Below, piece after piece: positions 62,875-64,000 of a stretch of DNA of 64,000 nt. Position 1 is the stretch's first letter. Every line of letters begins with the position of its first letter. Below the pieces are notes generated by a model that saw only the letters and a list, made by a program, of their open reading frames with translations, was not told the DNA's origin and did not search any database. This DNA is from Ylistrum balloti (Eukaryota), in the NCBI RefSeq assembly GCF_031769215.1, contig NW_026782190.1, positions 1,736,001 to 1,800,000 of the forward strand, in the 5' to 3' direction. A program made the position numbers and the translations under genes.

Positions 62875-64000
62875 CCTTTACAATAATTGGCAAAACAGTG
62901 AAAACTGATTTACAGATAGTAGTATAGTGGTAGATTCTCTAGTCACACAGTACAGTATTGCCTCTTGAAGAGGAAACCGTCTGACTGTGTCAGTTCTAGT
63001 CATTCAATATGATCTGCAATTCTGTTTGTAACATTGCTACTGTTGTGTACAGTGTACTGATTGTGACAGGATAGTGTGCCAGTTAGGATCTATATTCTGA
63101 TTTGCTGTCATGAGCTTAACTGACCCAATCTGTCTACAGAGTCAAAGAATTTCATGTAGTTGGTGGATACTAACATCTGACTCTTCATACAAACTGCAGC
63201 TTTTTATATTTTAAAAGGCATTGAAATTTTATATTGAGTTTTGCTGTATATAACAATGGCTATAGATAAGTTTATTTCATATTTTTGAAGAAAATATGAA
63301 ATATCAAAAGTTTGATGTATAACTTTTTGCAACAAGGAATTGATGGTTTTATAGATACACGTAACAGAATGTAAACAAATAGTCATTGCCTCAAGTGAAG
63401 AATTATCTTATGGAAGACTGGACACACTTGATGAATTGGAGATGAATATGTACCACTATACAGAATGGGAACACTTTGCAATATATATTAATATTGTGGT
63501 AAAGAACTTGTAAAACTGTACATGTATCAATAATAGGGATTTTATTGTTTTTATTGTCTTGTTTTGCTGGCCTTGGTGTTTCAGAAAAAGATATATGAAA
63601 AGAATTTATTGATCCAAGTTCTGCTGTTTTAGCATCATTGTGAAGAACTGGACACAGACATCATTTAGAACCACAGACCTGTATAACTGTGAAACATATT
63701 TAACTGCCATAACTTGAGGCCTTTGCAATTGTAAAAAGAGCACCACAGGGCAAAACAATATATGACTGTCGCATGCCAAAGAAATATTCATGATTTAATG
63801 TATGAAAATAAATGCAAGTATAGAAATTGAAATATTGAGTCAAATTTTTTGAAACAGAAAACAGCGCTACATGTATTTTTTTCAAATAATAAGACATACC
63901 AAAGTTTAAAGAACACTGAAAAAAAAAACAGGGCGATACTGTTCCAAACATTTTATATCAATACCATTGAAGAAAACACAATTTTATATAAAGGTTATAA

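Overview
AT-rich animal genomic DNA with spliceosomal GT-AG introns; the repeat families look like those of bivalve molluscs (inference). It is not prokaryotic, and most short ORFs in the supplied track are noise. From left to right: (1) a decayed, apparently intronless Toll-like receptor gene on the minus strand (~9806 to 194), split in its LRR-CT by a ~6.4 kb 34-bp minisatellite and a CR1-type LINE fragment; (2) a nest of retroelements, including a young 5'-truncated RTE-X-like LINE with a perfect 27-bp TSD; (3) an intact 4-exon minus-strand gene for a secreted 552-aa FAD enzyme resembling polyunsaturated/polyenoic fatty-acid isomerases (PAI/PFI), with its promoter and first exon tandemly duplicated; (4) a ~12 kb tandem duplication with two intact 9-exon genes for an uncharacterised secreted 625-aa protein that carries a class II terpene-cyclase-like PDxDDT motif, minisatellites built from its own splice sites (one offering an in-frame 170-aa His-rich insertion) and an intronic minimal hammerhead ribozyme; (5) a signal-peptide-less (Gly-X-Thr)n collagen-like membrane protein gene; (6) an ANKRD46-like gene on the plus strand. 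Gene models were built by hand from splice-site and phase continuity. Family assignments rest on motif recall and need database confirmation.
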